DNA from: the human T2T-CHM13v2.0 reference genome, Homo sapiens
Length of the DNA: 64,000 nt
Assembly: GCF_009914755.1 (NCBI RefSeq)
Contig: NC_060925.1
Reading direction: 5' to 3' (one strand)
The number at the start of each line of letters is the position of its first letter. The stretch's first letter is position 1. Position numbers and translations under genes: made by a program. Shown piece by piece: positions 1-16,572 of the stretch. Under the pieces are notes generated by a model. It searched no databases, had not been told where the DNA came from, and was given only the letters and a program-made list of their open reading frames with translations.

Positions 1-13
1 GGAGACTACTAGA

Positions 14-307
14 AGCTGGGCGCAGTGGCTCACACCTGCAATCTCAGCACTTTGGGAGGCTGAGGCAGACAGATCATCCGAGGTCAGGAGTTTGAGACCA
101 GCCTGGCTAACATAGTGAAACCCCATCTCTATTAAAAATACAAAAATTAGTTGGGCGTGGTGGCACGTCGCTGTAATCCCACCTACTCAGGAGGCTGAGG
201 CAGGAGAATCACTTGAACCCAGAGGCAGAGGTTGCAGTGAGCTGAGATCGCACCATTGCACTCAAACCTAGGCAACAGAGCAAGACTCCATCTCAAAAAA
301 AAAAAAA
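14..307 (+). mobile_element. Alu (S-type)
   Basis: Full dimer with poly-A; flanking GACTACT repeats. Confidence 0.93.
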
Positions 308-450
308 GAGGGGACTACTCTCTACATGGGTTTACCTAAGAGGCAATGTTATGAGGTCCAATAACAGAAGATATATTTGAATAAAAAACTAGGAAATTTA
401 AGTTTATATGATTACATAGGGGTCCTAATTAACTTTTTTTTTTTAACATA

Positions 451-596
451 AGATTGTCTAATTGTTGGTAAATAATAAAATATAGGGAGTAAAATACAGG
501 GAGTCAGTCTTGGTGCAAGGTGAAGATTGTCTAATTGTTGGTAAATAATAAAATATAGGGAGTAAAATACAGGGAGTCAGTCTTGGTGCAAGGTGA
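451..596 (+). repeat. Perfect 2 x 73-bp tandem duplication
   Basis: 451-523 is identical to 524-596 (AGATTGTCTA...GCAAGGTGA). Confidence 0.97.
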
Positions 597-2152
597 GGCC
601 ACAGAGTTGGAATGGGCCTGACCAGCCTCGCACTGTACAAGCACCAATCTAGAGCTAGGACTGAAGCTGCAAGATGACTGACAGGACTCTGGGGGCATTA
701 GCTCCCTCCAACAAATGGTGGTCTCACGTTTCAAGGGCTGTGGTCACCTCCTTCCTCATGACACCCCTGGACATGGTGGAAGGTCCATTTGCAGTCTCAG
801 TGCCCGCTGGTGGCCAGTGAGCTGACACCTTCCTCCAGACTTCAGAGCCTCTCTTATGCCAAGCTGCCCTCCTCTCTCCAATCCTGTACTACAATGGTGT
901 CCTGGAGCCTCTGTACCTATGACCAAATGGTCCCCGCTGTGCCACCTGGTTTTAAGACCCTACCAGCTTCACTGGCACCTTGGATGCCTCTGTGAAGATT
1001 CTGAGGCACAAGGGCACCAGGACCCTGTGGAGTGGCCTCCCAGCCACCCTGGTGATGACTGTGCCAGCTACCACCAACTACTTCACTGCCTACAACCAAC
1101 TCAAGGCCTGCCTGTGTGGCTGAGCCCTTACCTCTACATAACCTTGGTAGCTGGTGTGCTGGTCCACCCTGGCACTATCACTGCAATCATCAGTGCCCTG
1201 GAGCTTATGCAGACAAAGCTGCAGGTTTAGCATATGTTATACTATGTGCTGGTACCTGTGTTTGAGCTCCGGTGGCTTAGAGTGGTTGGTGCTCACTGTG
1301 GCTGTGCCGGGGCCCCACTCTCCTTAGAAATGTGCCCTTCTCAGCCCTGTACTGGTTCAACTACGAGCTAGTGAAGAGCTGGCTGAATGGGCTCAGGCCA
1401 AAGGAACTCCATGGTCCCATGACAACCATAGGAGTCAGCTTTGCAGCTGGCAGCATCACCATGATGCTGGCTACAGTGCTGACCCTAACCTTTGTCGTGA
1501 TGAAGACTCAACACCAGGCCACACTCGGAGTGATGGAAGCCGTGGAAGTGACATCCCTGGATGCGGACTCTACCTGGTTGCTCAGAGGTGGATCTGTGCC
1601 AAGTCGGGCATCAGAGGGCTCTTTGCAGGCTTCCTCCCTTGGATCATCAAGTCTATCCCCTCCTATGCTATCACGATCACCACTTATGAGTTCAGCAAAA
1701 GTCTCTTAAAGAGACTCAATCAGGACCAGCATCTGGGCCATTCAAAGGGGCAAGGAGGCAAGGACCCCCATCTCTCCAACAGATGGGGAAAGAGGGGAGG
1801 AGGGACTGAACCCCTCAGCCCTGAGGGGAGGATCCTTGTTTCCATTCCCGCTGTGCAACAGCCCCAGGGGTCCAGGGGTAGGCTGCCCCTCTGGGCAGCC
1901 CAGGCCATCCTCAGACACAGCTTCCTCCTGCTGCTTCCATCCTGGGGATCATCCATTTCCTACCCTCCAAGTTCAAGACCAAATCTGCTATCTGCCCCTC
2001 CCCTATGTTTCCCTCTGTGCTTGCTGTAGCTGGGCCTGCCCCAAGGAGTCAAGATATCCTGGGACCTGGTCTAGTCTCCCTGCTCCTTTGTTAATTCCTT
2101 AAGTCTAAATATAATTAACTTCAATAAATAAATAAATAAAAGAATAAAATAT
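560..2152 (+). pseudogene. SLC25A39P1: Processed pseudogene of mitochondrial carrier SLC25A39, antisense to KDM5B
   Basis: Intronless, frameshifted homology from ATG 674 (...LQQMV...FMTPLDMV, LQSQCP..ASELTPSSRL, LELMQTKLQ, VPFSALYWFNYELVKSWLNG, LNQDQHLG ~1740). Followed by 3' UTR and an A-rich tail (~2123-2150). Candidate TSD AATAAAATAT at 547-556 and 2143-2152. Confidence 0.92.
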
Positions 2153-2552
2153 GATGGTGGCTCTTGTCCTAAAATATTTTCTTAAAAGATCTAGGTAAAC
2201 ATTTTTCCTGCCACTTCTACTTTTCTCCCCACTTTACAAGTAGGATAATTGCAAAATTACTAGACTTCAACTATTGACCCCTCCTGTCAGACATGAATTG
2301 AGATTATTTAAATTATGTTAGTAAGTACAATATCCTTCTATTTGCGTGGCTTCCACAATGTCACAGTCATCCCATATTAGGGGAAATTTAAATCACTGTA
2401 AACCCTTCTTAATACAAATCTCACCAAACTAAACTCCTGCCTATATACATGCACTACATAAGACACACAAATGCACCTGCAAATTTTCTGAAATAATTTT
2501 TAACAGCTCTACCTTTTAAAACATGTTAATCTCACTAATCTGTTTAGGGACA

Positions 2553-5283
<2,731 letters not shown>

Positions 5284-6992
5284 AGAACATCATTCTGTTT
5301 CTTGGTTACTACTGATGTCAGCTCTGTTTTGTCAGGCTAAATACCCACTCTGACCAGAAGGCCCCTTCCTAAGAAAAGAAAATTCAGATAAAGTCTGGCC
5401 AATACAAAAATGAACAGATAAAGAAATGAAGTGATGTTAGCAGAGACTAACCTCCACCCACCAACCGACTCCAACACCTCCATGTGCCAACAGACCTGCA
5501 GCTGGTCAAGTTACTTGACATGTCCCAACAAATGTGTAACAAAGCAACAAAGCCATTGACTAAAACTGAGAAATACTATCCCCAACCTAATTGGGCAAAA
5601 TGACCATCACTGACTGAAGGCTAGAAAGCTCACCTCATAATTGCCCAAATGTCACTTATAACCTGAATAGGACAAAAGCTAAGCTAAGCTGTTCTTTACA
5701 AATGAAGATCCCTAGTTTTGTCTCAACTCCAATGCTGCTACTCCACTTTCTGCTCTTCTATCCAGGAAAATAGCTAAAGTAACTATTCTTTACACTTTTG
5801 TGTATGCTTGACATTTTTTGTAATAAAATTTTTTAATTTACTCCCTGAAGTGACGGGTCTGGCAGAACAAAATGATTAGTTTTTATATCCGAAAGAAAGC
5901 TTAAATGCTTAAAAAAAAAAGCAGCAGCAGCACATATGGGATGACTCTAAGGCCATGTGTAAAGATATATGCTGATGGTGCTTTAAGAAGGATGGTCTAC
6001 AGTTAAAGGACTGAGTGTCTTAAATCATGGTGGGGGGTAGAGGACTTAAAAGAATGCATTCCAGTCAAATTCTGCATCTTTGTTCCAAACATCCTACAAT
6101 TATGGAACTGAAATGCCTCACTGTCCTAGAGACATCTTTTCTTCATTAATCTGGTTCATAAACTTGGTTGTAAAAAGCAAATTCAAAGAATTCATCTAAT
6201 AATGACAGAAAAAGAAACATTTCTGAATGAATTTGTGGAAGTGTACAATTTAATTTTTCATTTAATTTTTATTTACAATTTTATTTAAAATTAAATTTTC
6301 ATTTAATTTTCATATTAATTTTTCCTCTTTAATCCCATGCAAGGACACAGCAGTTAATAAATACTTAAGAAATACTTCTCAATTGCATACCATTCTTATG
6401 TCTAAAACAAGTTTCTCACAATCTGGATTTTATAAATCCAGTTATTAGTATCTCAAACTTTAAATAATCAAAAGTCAATGGCAGCAGCCTAAGAATATGG
6501 CTTTCCCAAGGTATCAACTCACCCACCCACTCACCCCAAAGAGACTTGTCGGTACGCCCTCTGGTGAGTCCCCTTCAAGAGACCCAAACTTAAATTTGAG
6601 AATGTGTAGCCCTCCAGTTCCCAACCTTCATTCCATCTTTTTTTTTTTTTTGAGGCTGCCAATGATCTGTACTATAACAGGTATATTAGAAAATACCAAA
6701 TTCTCTTAGAGAAAAAAAAATTGCACAACAATCTCAACACTGAGAGGACTGTCCAAGGATGAAAGCAAGGTACTCCTAGGTTAGTAGTTTTTCAAACCTA
6801 TAGATGGCATTTGGAAAGAAGTACACGCATAGGCTTCAAAAAACCCTGAACACCAGAAACCTAATTAGCACTTTCATTTTAGGGGCACGGGCTTTCCCTT
6901 ATCCTTTTCTACAGCCAACCTTAATGGGGTCCAATTAAGGCAACAATGAAAGGTTACAAAAGTCTACAAAAAGGTCCCATTACAGCATTTAA

Positions 6993-8493
<1,501 letters not shown>

Positions 8494-8593
8494 GGTAGAC
8501 ATTTGTGGCCTAGAACTGTAGGACTTAATCCAACCTCCTACCAGGTTTTTCTCCTGGGCATTATAGTCCTAAATTTGTCTTAAAAGGTAGTTA

Positions 8594-8762
8594 GGGGTCG
8601 GGGGAGGGGGGAGGGAAAGCATTAGGAGATATACCTAATGTAAATGATGAGTTAATGGGTGCAGCACACCAACATGGCACATGTGTACATATGTAACAAA
8701 CCTGCACGTTGTACACATGTACCCTAGAACTTAAAGTATAATTTAAAAAAAGGAAAAAAAAA
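8594..8762 (+). mobile_element. 5'-truncated L1PA 3' end
   Basis: GGGGGAGGGGGGAGGG...GCAGCACACCAACATGGCACATG...TACCCTAGAACTTAAAGTATAA plus poly-A; TSD AAAA(G)GTAGTTA. Confidence 0.92.
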
Positions 8763-8774
8763 GTAGTTACAAGT

Positions 8775-8912
8775 GAGTTCAGGGTTTCTTTTGAGGGAGA
8801 TGAAAATGTTCTACAATTGATTGTGGTGATGGTTGTACAACTCTGAAAATATCAAAAACCACTGAATTACACATCATAAATTCGTGAATTGTATGGTATA
8901 TTTCAATAAAAG
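8775..8912 (+). mobile_element. Old L1M 3' UTR fragment
   Basis: GGGTTTCTTTTG...GATGAAAATGTTCTA...GATTGTGGTGATGGTTG...AATAAA. Confidence 0.7.
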
Positions 8913-9387
8913 GGTTTTTTTTTAAGTAGTTATAAGTTCTTCCTTTGCTCAAGGATGTTTCTACTGATAAGCCTCTTCTCTAAACGTTAAAGGCTTAAAG
9001 TGGCCAAAGATACAAGTAGGGAAAGATTTCATGACACCAAAGAAATAGGGAAAACAGAGAGAGGGTTAGGCCTAAGTCGATCAAACCCCAAATTAGGGAG
9101 AATGATACGCTGGAAAGGGAGTAAATGAGCTCCATATCATTAACACTTCTACCATACAAAGAAGTGTATAAGTTCCTCCCTCTTCTCTAGGAGTGGAACC
9201 AACAGGCTCACTCAAAAATGGTGACTGTATTAAAACATTTAAGGGCAGTTTTACACTTGGCTATAAAGATGAAGGAATCAAACTAGTAACCACAAGAAGT
9301 TAAAGCTGAAAAATTTTTGTCTCTTGTGGCCTCTGGGGTTTGATTTAAACCTTCTCCGGACACAAAGAAGAAATCTGTGGAATCTAG

Positions 9388-9541
9388 GCCCGGCACGGTG
9401 GCTCACGCCTGTAATCCCAGCACTTTGGGAGGCCGAGGCGCATGGATCACCTGAGGTCGGGAGGCAGAGGTTGTGATGAGCCACTGCACTCCAGGCCTGG
9501 GCAACAAGAGCAAAATTCCGTCTCAAAAAAAAAAAAAAAAA
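9388..9541 (+). mobile_element. Alu with internal left/right-arm deletion
   Basis: Left arm joined to the right-arm 3' part; TSD AAGAAAT(C/T)TGTGGAATCTA. Confidence 0.88.
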
Positions 9542-11699
9542 GAAATTTGTGGAATCTATCTATGGCCAAATGTGAGACATTTGAAAGCAAGAAAATAAGT
9601 TACTAAAGCCATAAATATATTCCTATCAAAATCTGGGAGACAAAAAAGTATTTACTGAGCAGCCAACTATTTTTCTGCCTAATAGTTACACCCTTAAAAT
9701 TACTCATCTCCAAATACCACAAAGTGATATGGAAAAATATCATTTGTCCTTAAACAGACATCTAAGTACAGTATCATGGAGGAAATTAAAAATTTGCATT
9801 TTAAAGGTGACAAAACCAGAAGCCAGATGAATTGTAAATTTAAGAAGGTTTTGGTCCAGAAAACAAGCCTGGTTATCCTACATAGTTGATATAATTTGAA
9901 ACAAAGGTTTGTATTAAACTTCAAACTCAGATTTGAAGTATAGTCTTCTTGACTTAATCACGTTTTCTCACATTTATCTTACTATATTTTCAAATTTCTG
10001 AGAACCCCTAAGCTGCCATATACAAAGTAATGTAAGCACTCTAAGTTTTCAGAAGCCAAGCAGTTTGGGAGTCTCACTGAGAAAGCAGCTATAAACTGAA
10101 ACTATATTAAGTACCATTGGTAAAGATACAAAGGTAAGAACAAAAGGAGACAGAAATGTTTTATACTTCTCCTTACCTTCTAACAAGTAAAATACCAATA
10201 GTTCCAATTCCCCTTCTAATATAACCATTTGTGTTCCAAAAACTCGGTGAACAAAAATCATCCAGAAATACAGACATTATATATATCACCATGGAAAATA
10301 TTTCACACTTCTTGAAGGGTTTTTTTGTTGCTATATATCAACTATATGAAACCACTTGTTCACAGTTAGCTTTCCCAAAAACAAAACAGTTTCTAAAACA
10401 AAGACTGTTTACATCTCTTAAGAAGCCTTTGTTCCAACAAGACCCCTCTTCAAGAGCTACAACTTCTGGAAAGATTTCCCTTTTTGTGGTTATATCAACA
10501 ACAAATACTCTCAAACTCTTTCCATTTGGCAAAGGAGTTTGTTAAACAAAGGAGGAAGCAAGTCCCCTCCACACAAAGGAGGTCTCCAAACAGAGTACTG
10601 GTTGTATTTGTAGATTATTGGTGCCTCTTTAACCCCTTTCCTCAGGCTGTACTATGTAGCACTCTCAATACAAAATGGTGGCCATCATGTCTGTCTGACA
10701 TTCAGAGTGAGAAAAAGGCAATTCGATCACACATTTTGCAAAGATTACCATTAATATTCTAGCCAAGATGAGGAAATGGGTAGCCAAGCCTAACCAGAGC
10801 AACACTATCTTTTCAGAAAAAGGGCCCTCTAAAAGGCAAAGAACAAGAAAACAAGATAAAGGATTTACCCCAGCCCTGGTATACCACAATACCAACATGG
10901 AGGACACCTCCCAGGAACCTGACTCCCCACGTTTTGGTTACTAAGAACTTAGTCAAGTTACCCAATTTCTGAATAAAATCCCATTATGCAAATGTGCAAT
11001 ATTCATATTCACCCTTCCTAGCATGTGACATAAAGCTACATTACTACAGTGTGAAACATGACCTATTATTCAAGAATTAAAACCTTGGCTCTAACCAGCC
11101 CTGTTATAACTTCTGCAGGCCTCTTTGCACTAAGAGAAACGTACTTCCCTTAAGCAGCAAGAATCAACCTTGCCCACTTCGCTGTAAGAAATGGATCTAT
11201 TTTCAAACATTTCCCTCATATTCGCTGGCCAGTTATTTTCTGAAGCATGTATTTCATCTCCATTTTCAAACTTGCTTAAGAAAAACTAAAGTAGGTGTCC
11301 GTGTTTTAATTTGGGGCAGGGAAGGGTTAAGAAGCCTTATTTTCAGGGATCTCCCTGAAAACAGCTTTCCAAAACATAACGATTACAAACAGAATCCCTA
11401 CAACTCAAAATGTCATTACAAAAAGCAAGCTTAAGGGAGAAAGGGGTGGGAAGGGGTCTTCCTCCACTTAGAAGTGGGGGTGGGGGAAGAGAGTGGGGAG
11501 AAGATTCTTAAACAGCAGGAAAGGCAGTTAAACCCGCTTCCCAACGGTCCCAGCCCGTCCAACCGCCGCTTAGGCCAACTCGGACTCAGACCCTCCCGAA
11601 AGGTGGGCAAAAAAAACAGGGGTGTAGGAGCGCACCCAGTTCCGGCCACGGAGGAAGGAGTTGGCCGGGCTCTCCTCAGCGAACGTTGGAGCCGTTACG

Positions 11700-13270
11700 G
11701 ATGGTTTCAGCAACACCCACCCCTCACTCACTGCCCCCAGGCCCGAGGCGCTGTAGACAGGGCTGGAAGGGCTGCGGTGGGTGACTGCCTTTCAGTGCCC
11801 GGAGCCTGAGGGCCGGGGGAAACGAGCACGAAATCTTCGGAGGTCTCTCCGTCTGACGTTCCCCTACAAACACGGCCTCGCCCGGACCCCATCCCCACCA
11901 GCACAGCCCAGGCCTCCCCGGGGAGCCGAGCGGCTGAGCCAGAAGAAGCCGGGAGTGTGCGCGTTCGGGAGCGCGGGCAGGCATCGGGGCCCACCGCCGC
12001 CCGTCCTGCCCCCGCCGCCCCAAAAGTGTCCCCCAGACACTAACGCCCCCCACAAACATCCGCTCCGGGGCTGGACCCGCGGCTCCTCCCCGCCCCCAGC
12101 CAGCGCTGGCCGCCCCCTTCTTGACCCCGGCCCGGGGGACACCTGGAGGCCCGGGGACCAGGCGGTGGAGGGGTGCCCTGGTCTGGAGGGTGGGGCGCCC
12201 AGGTGAGGGCCGCTCCGGGCCGACGCCGCCACCACACAAAGGACCAGGGGCTCCCGCCGCCATATTGAAAACTTTCCTCCTCGCACGACAACTCGCAAGT
12301 CCCCCACCCCCACCCCACCCCATCACACACCCCCGCACCCCGGGAGCGGAGGCGAGGACCAGCCTGCCGAGCCTCGCCGGGCCCACAGTCCTCCCTCCAG
12401 CCCGCGCCTCCGCCAGGCTCCGTGAGGAAACTCCCCCGCGACCACCCCCGGCTCCTGCCATCACTCCATCCGGAACCGAACCCGAACCTCCGCACCCGGC
12501 CGCCCGAGCCCCGCGGCGACCCGGCCCTCCCATGGCACCGCCGAAGCCCCCGGTTCTCCCACGCTCCTCATCTCCCACCCTGGAGAAGCCCCCGTCTTCC
12601 TCCCCCGGCCTCAACTCCGACCTTCTAGGCAGCCCCAAACTTGACGAGGCCGGCGGGGCGACCGGCTCCCCGCCCCCCGCGCCTCGGGCCTCCCCGGACC
12701 CGCGCGTCCCCGCTCCCTCCCCCAGCCACGAGCTGGATCCGGGGTGCTGGCGTGACTCACCGGCGGCGGCCGCACCTTACAGATGCCAGTCTGCTCGGCT
12801 ATGGGCCGGATCTTGTGGATGAAAGCGAAGGGGTCCGCGAACTCTTCCCAGCTGGGTTCGAAGACCGGGCACTCGGGTGGAGGCAGGAACTCGCCCAGCG
12901 GGCCCGGGCCCCCGAGGGGCAGCGCCGGGCGCGGGCCTGGGTGCAGTGTGGTGGCCGCCTCCATCACCGCAGGCTGGGCAAGGGCGAGGCGAAGGTGGGC
13001 TCCGGGACCGAGGCTGCGAGCTCCGCTCGGTCCGAGACCCGTGCAGACGCGGCTCGAGCAACAGCAAGTCCGAGTTGTACGGGCAACGGCAGCACCTTGG
13101 GCTTTTTCAGCCTCCGACGACGACGTCTCGCCGCAAGCCCACGCCGTGCGCCTCCGCCGCCACGGCGAGGAAAAAGAGTCCCACCCCACCCCCATCGACC
13201 CACCCTCCGCGCGCGGCTCCCCGCCCCGCCCCCGAATCGGGCGGGGCCGCGCCTTCCGCTGTGGATGGAG
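11700..13270. promoter_or_regulatory. CpG island / KDM5B promoter and first exon
   Basis: Very GC- and CpG-rich. GC boxes CCCCGCCCCGCCCC and GGGCGGGG at ~13219-13246, upstream of exon 1 on the minus strand. Confidence 0.9.
12761..12964 (-). CDS. KDM5B: Lysine demethylase 5B, coding exon 1 (68 codons, includes most of JmjN)
   Basis: Translates [68 protein letters not shown], the recalled KDM5B N-terminus. ATG at 12964-12962 in GCGGTGATGG context, followed by a phase-0 donor CCG|GTGAGT. The rest of the gene lies left of the window. Confidence 0.97.
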
Positions 13271-13524
13271 TTTATCCTTAGGGTTTCAGTTGAGCCAACT
13301 TTTATTGACCATTTACTATGTATCAGAGTTCCTGCCCTGAAGAAGTTAAGTCTGGTAGAAAGGATCAGTCCCATAAGCCAATCATTCAATCACGTCAGTA
13401 CACAATGGTAGGTGCAGTAAAACCCAGGAGGGGGTTTTGGAAAGAGTATTGGAAACGGAGAAGGATTTTCCAGTAGAGATAACAGCTTGAACATACACAT
13501 AGCATGTTCATGAGAAGGCAATAG

Positions 13525-14350
13525 TAGTAATAATAATAATAACGTAACATTTTGGGGCACTTTCATATCCTAGGCACTGTTCTAATTGCATCGCATGATT
13601 AATCACACAACCCTATGAGATAGGTACTCTTATTTCCACTTTACAATAAGGAAAGTGAGGCATAGGTAGGTTAAGCAATTTGCCATAATTCACATGGCTA
13701 ATAAGTGATGGAGACTATTGGGAGGTGGAGATGTTGCAGGGAAAATAATCATCCACAAACAGTCTATGACGAGGTCAGACTTGAGAGGGGCAAAAGACTT
13801 GAAATAATCCAGACAAGGAATGATAGGATCTAAATTAAGGCAGTGGTGCTGATAATTATGAGGAAGGGATGCAAAGGTAGGAAATAAAATTAGGACATAG
13901 TGACAGATTGAGGGGGGACGACGAGGTATTAAGATTCAGATGTCTGGCGTACCTGCCTGAGTAGATGCTAGCCCGTTGGCATTGCTGGAACATTCACCCC
14001 AATTATATACAGAAGGCGAGTTACTCAAGGGAAGAAGATACTGTGTTCATTTCTGGACATTTTGAATTTGAGGTGTCTCTGGTACATACAGGTAGAAATA
14101 CACAACGGGGTATCCTTCAACAGACTGAAGGGTATAAATCTGAAGGGGCGAGATCAGAATTGGAGATATAAATCTGGGAGTTATGTGCTTATGGGTGATA
14201 GCCGCTATTTAATGCTACTGTGTGTAAAGCACTGCTCTAAACGCTCTGCATGTATTAGCTCACTGAGTCTTCACAACCACCATATTGAGTAGGTACGATA
14301 TTATCCTCATTTTGCAGAGCAGGCAACGGAGGCAAAGAGGTTAACGAACT
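13525..14350. mobile_element. MIR (~13525-13715, ~14190-14350) and L2-like fragments between the CpG islands
   Basis: CACAACCCTATGAGATAGGTA...AAGTGAGGCA..GGTTAAG MIR core; GGACATTTTGAATTTGAGGTG L2-like. Confidence 0.6.
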
Positions 14351-15289
14351 TTAAGAGATACGAACACTTTTGAGGCGCCTTTTTTCTTTTGGCGGGAGAC
14401 GGGGGACGGGGGTGGGGGGGTAGTGTCCAGCAGCCTCAGAAAAAAGGAGGAAGCTCAAAAAGTAGAACGTCAACATTGAAATGACCTCTTTCATCCAGAA
14501 AGCTGCCAAACGTATGCAAGGAATGTTTGTCAAGATCTTAGTTCGCTTTCAGATTCACCTAGTGGAAGGAAATCTCTTATGCTTAAGAAGTCTTCAATTA
14601 AAAGGGGGGATGGGCGTGGGGGGAGAAGAAAACCGCCTTCCCTTCAACAAATTTTTCCCAGAGGTACCGGGCCCAGGAAAGAGTTCACAGTGGTCCTGGG
14701 AGAACGTATTCCTTTTCTTAGCTCTCCAGGGCTTTGGGACCTGGAGTCTTTTCCTGCTCCCTACTGCAATGGAGAGTCAAGCCCAGGGGACAGCTAATAC
14801 ACTATTAAAAGAATTATCAGTGCAAGATAGATATGCGATGTGGCAAGTTATAATAGAATCTAGGTAGTGGGTATAGAGGAATTTGATGCAAATTTCTTTT
14901 AACTTTACTGAATATTTAATAATACTAAATAAAAGTTGGGTAGAAGAATTATCGTCGATGGCTCTTTGGTGCGCATTCTGGGCCTCCGAGGGTCTTGATG
15001 AAGCTCATGTAGTGTCATGTGCTCTCTCGGGAGAGCGTTGACTATTTTCACTCCTAACGTTGGCATCCTACGAGCCAGGTAGGCATAACTTTGAGACAAA
15101 TTCTAGACTTACATGAGTTATGATTATTATTTAACTGAGATGGACAGGAAGAACAAGCCTAAGAAAATCTTTCCCAATTCTCAGCTGCGTCCTACGATTC
15201 CCTCTCGCTCCCAACTCTCAAGGTCTCCCAGTCCGGCTTCCTCCATTTCCGGTAGTGACCCTAAGTGATGAGATTCTATCGCTCCCAGA

Positions 15290-16400
15290 TCAGGCCGCAG
15301 CTGTTTGGCTCCCAGCAGACCCGGTGTGACGTTAAGGGACGGGGCGGTTGCCGGCGTCTTGAGGGGAACCTAGGGACCGAGAGGACTCTCCGGGAAGGCA
15401 GCCGCTCCCCCGCCCACAACAGACGCTCCCCTTGCCCTTTATGATGTTTACATGGGCGGAGGGATCCCTCCCAGCTGACAGCCACACCGCGCCGGCCCTT
15501 CTTTTTTTAAAGAGCCTAGCCACGGGCGCTGACTGGCCGGCAGCCGGGCGCGTCATCCTCCGGGGGCGGGGCCCGGGCCGCATTGTCTCGTCTAGGGCCG
15601 GCTGGACGCCCCAGAGGCCGGACCTGGGCAACCCCAGCCTGGAGGTGCCGGGGCCGGAGCTCCCAGAGGGCTGGGTGCGAGGCCTAGGCGGGGTCAGGTT
15701 CGGGTTCCTAGGCCATAGCGGAGCTGCAGCCCAGGCGGCCGGAGCGGAACCCAGCCCCGCTCCGAGTGCCACGTCTCCAGGAACCCCCTCCTTACTCTTG
15801 GACAACACTCCGCCCCCGCCCGGGCCTCCGTCCCCCAAACCGCCCTCATTTGTGCAGCGCCAGATCCTTCGGACACATCCCTAGGTGTCTCCATCCTCAT
15901 TCGGTCCATCCAACTCCCAGACCTCACGTCAACCGGCTGCACCCCACTTTCCAGCCTGCGCCCCAGATCTGCAGCCTTCGCCCCTAGATACACCCGCCTG
16001 GTGATGAGGCGCTCCTCGCGTTCCTTCCGGTAACCGCGTTGCGAAGACCACGCTGCCGGGTTGCAAACTTGGGGGGACTTCCTCCCTCCCCTCCCCCTGG
16101 GCGCCGTGCAACTGCCCTGGGACCGGGTTCTGGGATGAGGGGGGCAGACCGGGCTCCCCAGCGGCCGGCGCAGCACGTAGCGCACGTGTAGGGCCCGCTC
16201 CCCACCCCCTCGCCGCCTCTGACAACTTTTCAGGGCTCCAGGTGTCCGTGAGCCTCCCTTCCGCCCTGGCCTCCGGTCTCTGCCTTGCTCGTGCTTCTAC
16301 CACCACCCTTCCCCTCCCAACCCGGTGGATCCTCTCGCCTCCCCCAGTCTCCAGTGCACCGGCTTTCCCTCGTCCTCTGCGCAGTCCATCTCAGCTCATC
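15290..16400. promoter_or_regulatory. Second CpG island (PCAT6 promoter/body)
   Basis: CpG-rich. CRE-like TGACGTTA ~15327, GCGTCA ~15550, GC box GGGGCGGGG ~15563. Confidence 0.8.
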
Positions 16401-16572
16401 TCTCCAATTCAATGCCATCATCTCTCCTCACCATCTCTCGGTGCCCTGGAATGTTTGCTGTCAGATGTCCCCTGTGAAACCCACAAACGCTTGCGATTTG
16501 GCCTCCTTGTTTTATTTTGTGTAGTCCTACAACGTCTTGTTACTACCCCCTATTACAACACTTATAACTCAG
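15600..16572 (+). ncRNA. PCAT6: lncRNA PCAT6 (KDM5B-AS1), divergent from KDM5B, with an optional 204-nt intron 16030-16233
   Basis: Lies ~2.6 kb upstream of KDM5B; recalled PCAT6 sequence (CCCCTCCTTACTCTTGGACAAC ... GTGTCTCCATCCTCATTCGGTC). Donor CCG|GTAACC at 16029/30, branch-like CTCTGAC, acceptor TTTTCAG| at 16233. Ends approximate. Confidence 0.75.

Noticed and set aside
856-1709. 124-125 aa ORFs as coding genes
   Set aside because: Frameshifted fragments of the SLC25A39 retrocopy.
6245-6325. AT-rich quasi-repeat (ATTTAATTTT)n
   Set aside because: Low-complexity DNA without spacers or conserved structure; not CRISPR-like.
11724-13411. Long overlapping ORFs on both strands (233-304 aa)
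   Set aside because: Pro/Gly/Arg-rich, stop-poor products of the CpG island; only the KDM5B exon 1 frame has recognisable homology.
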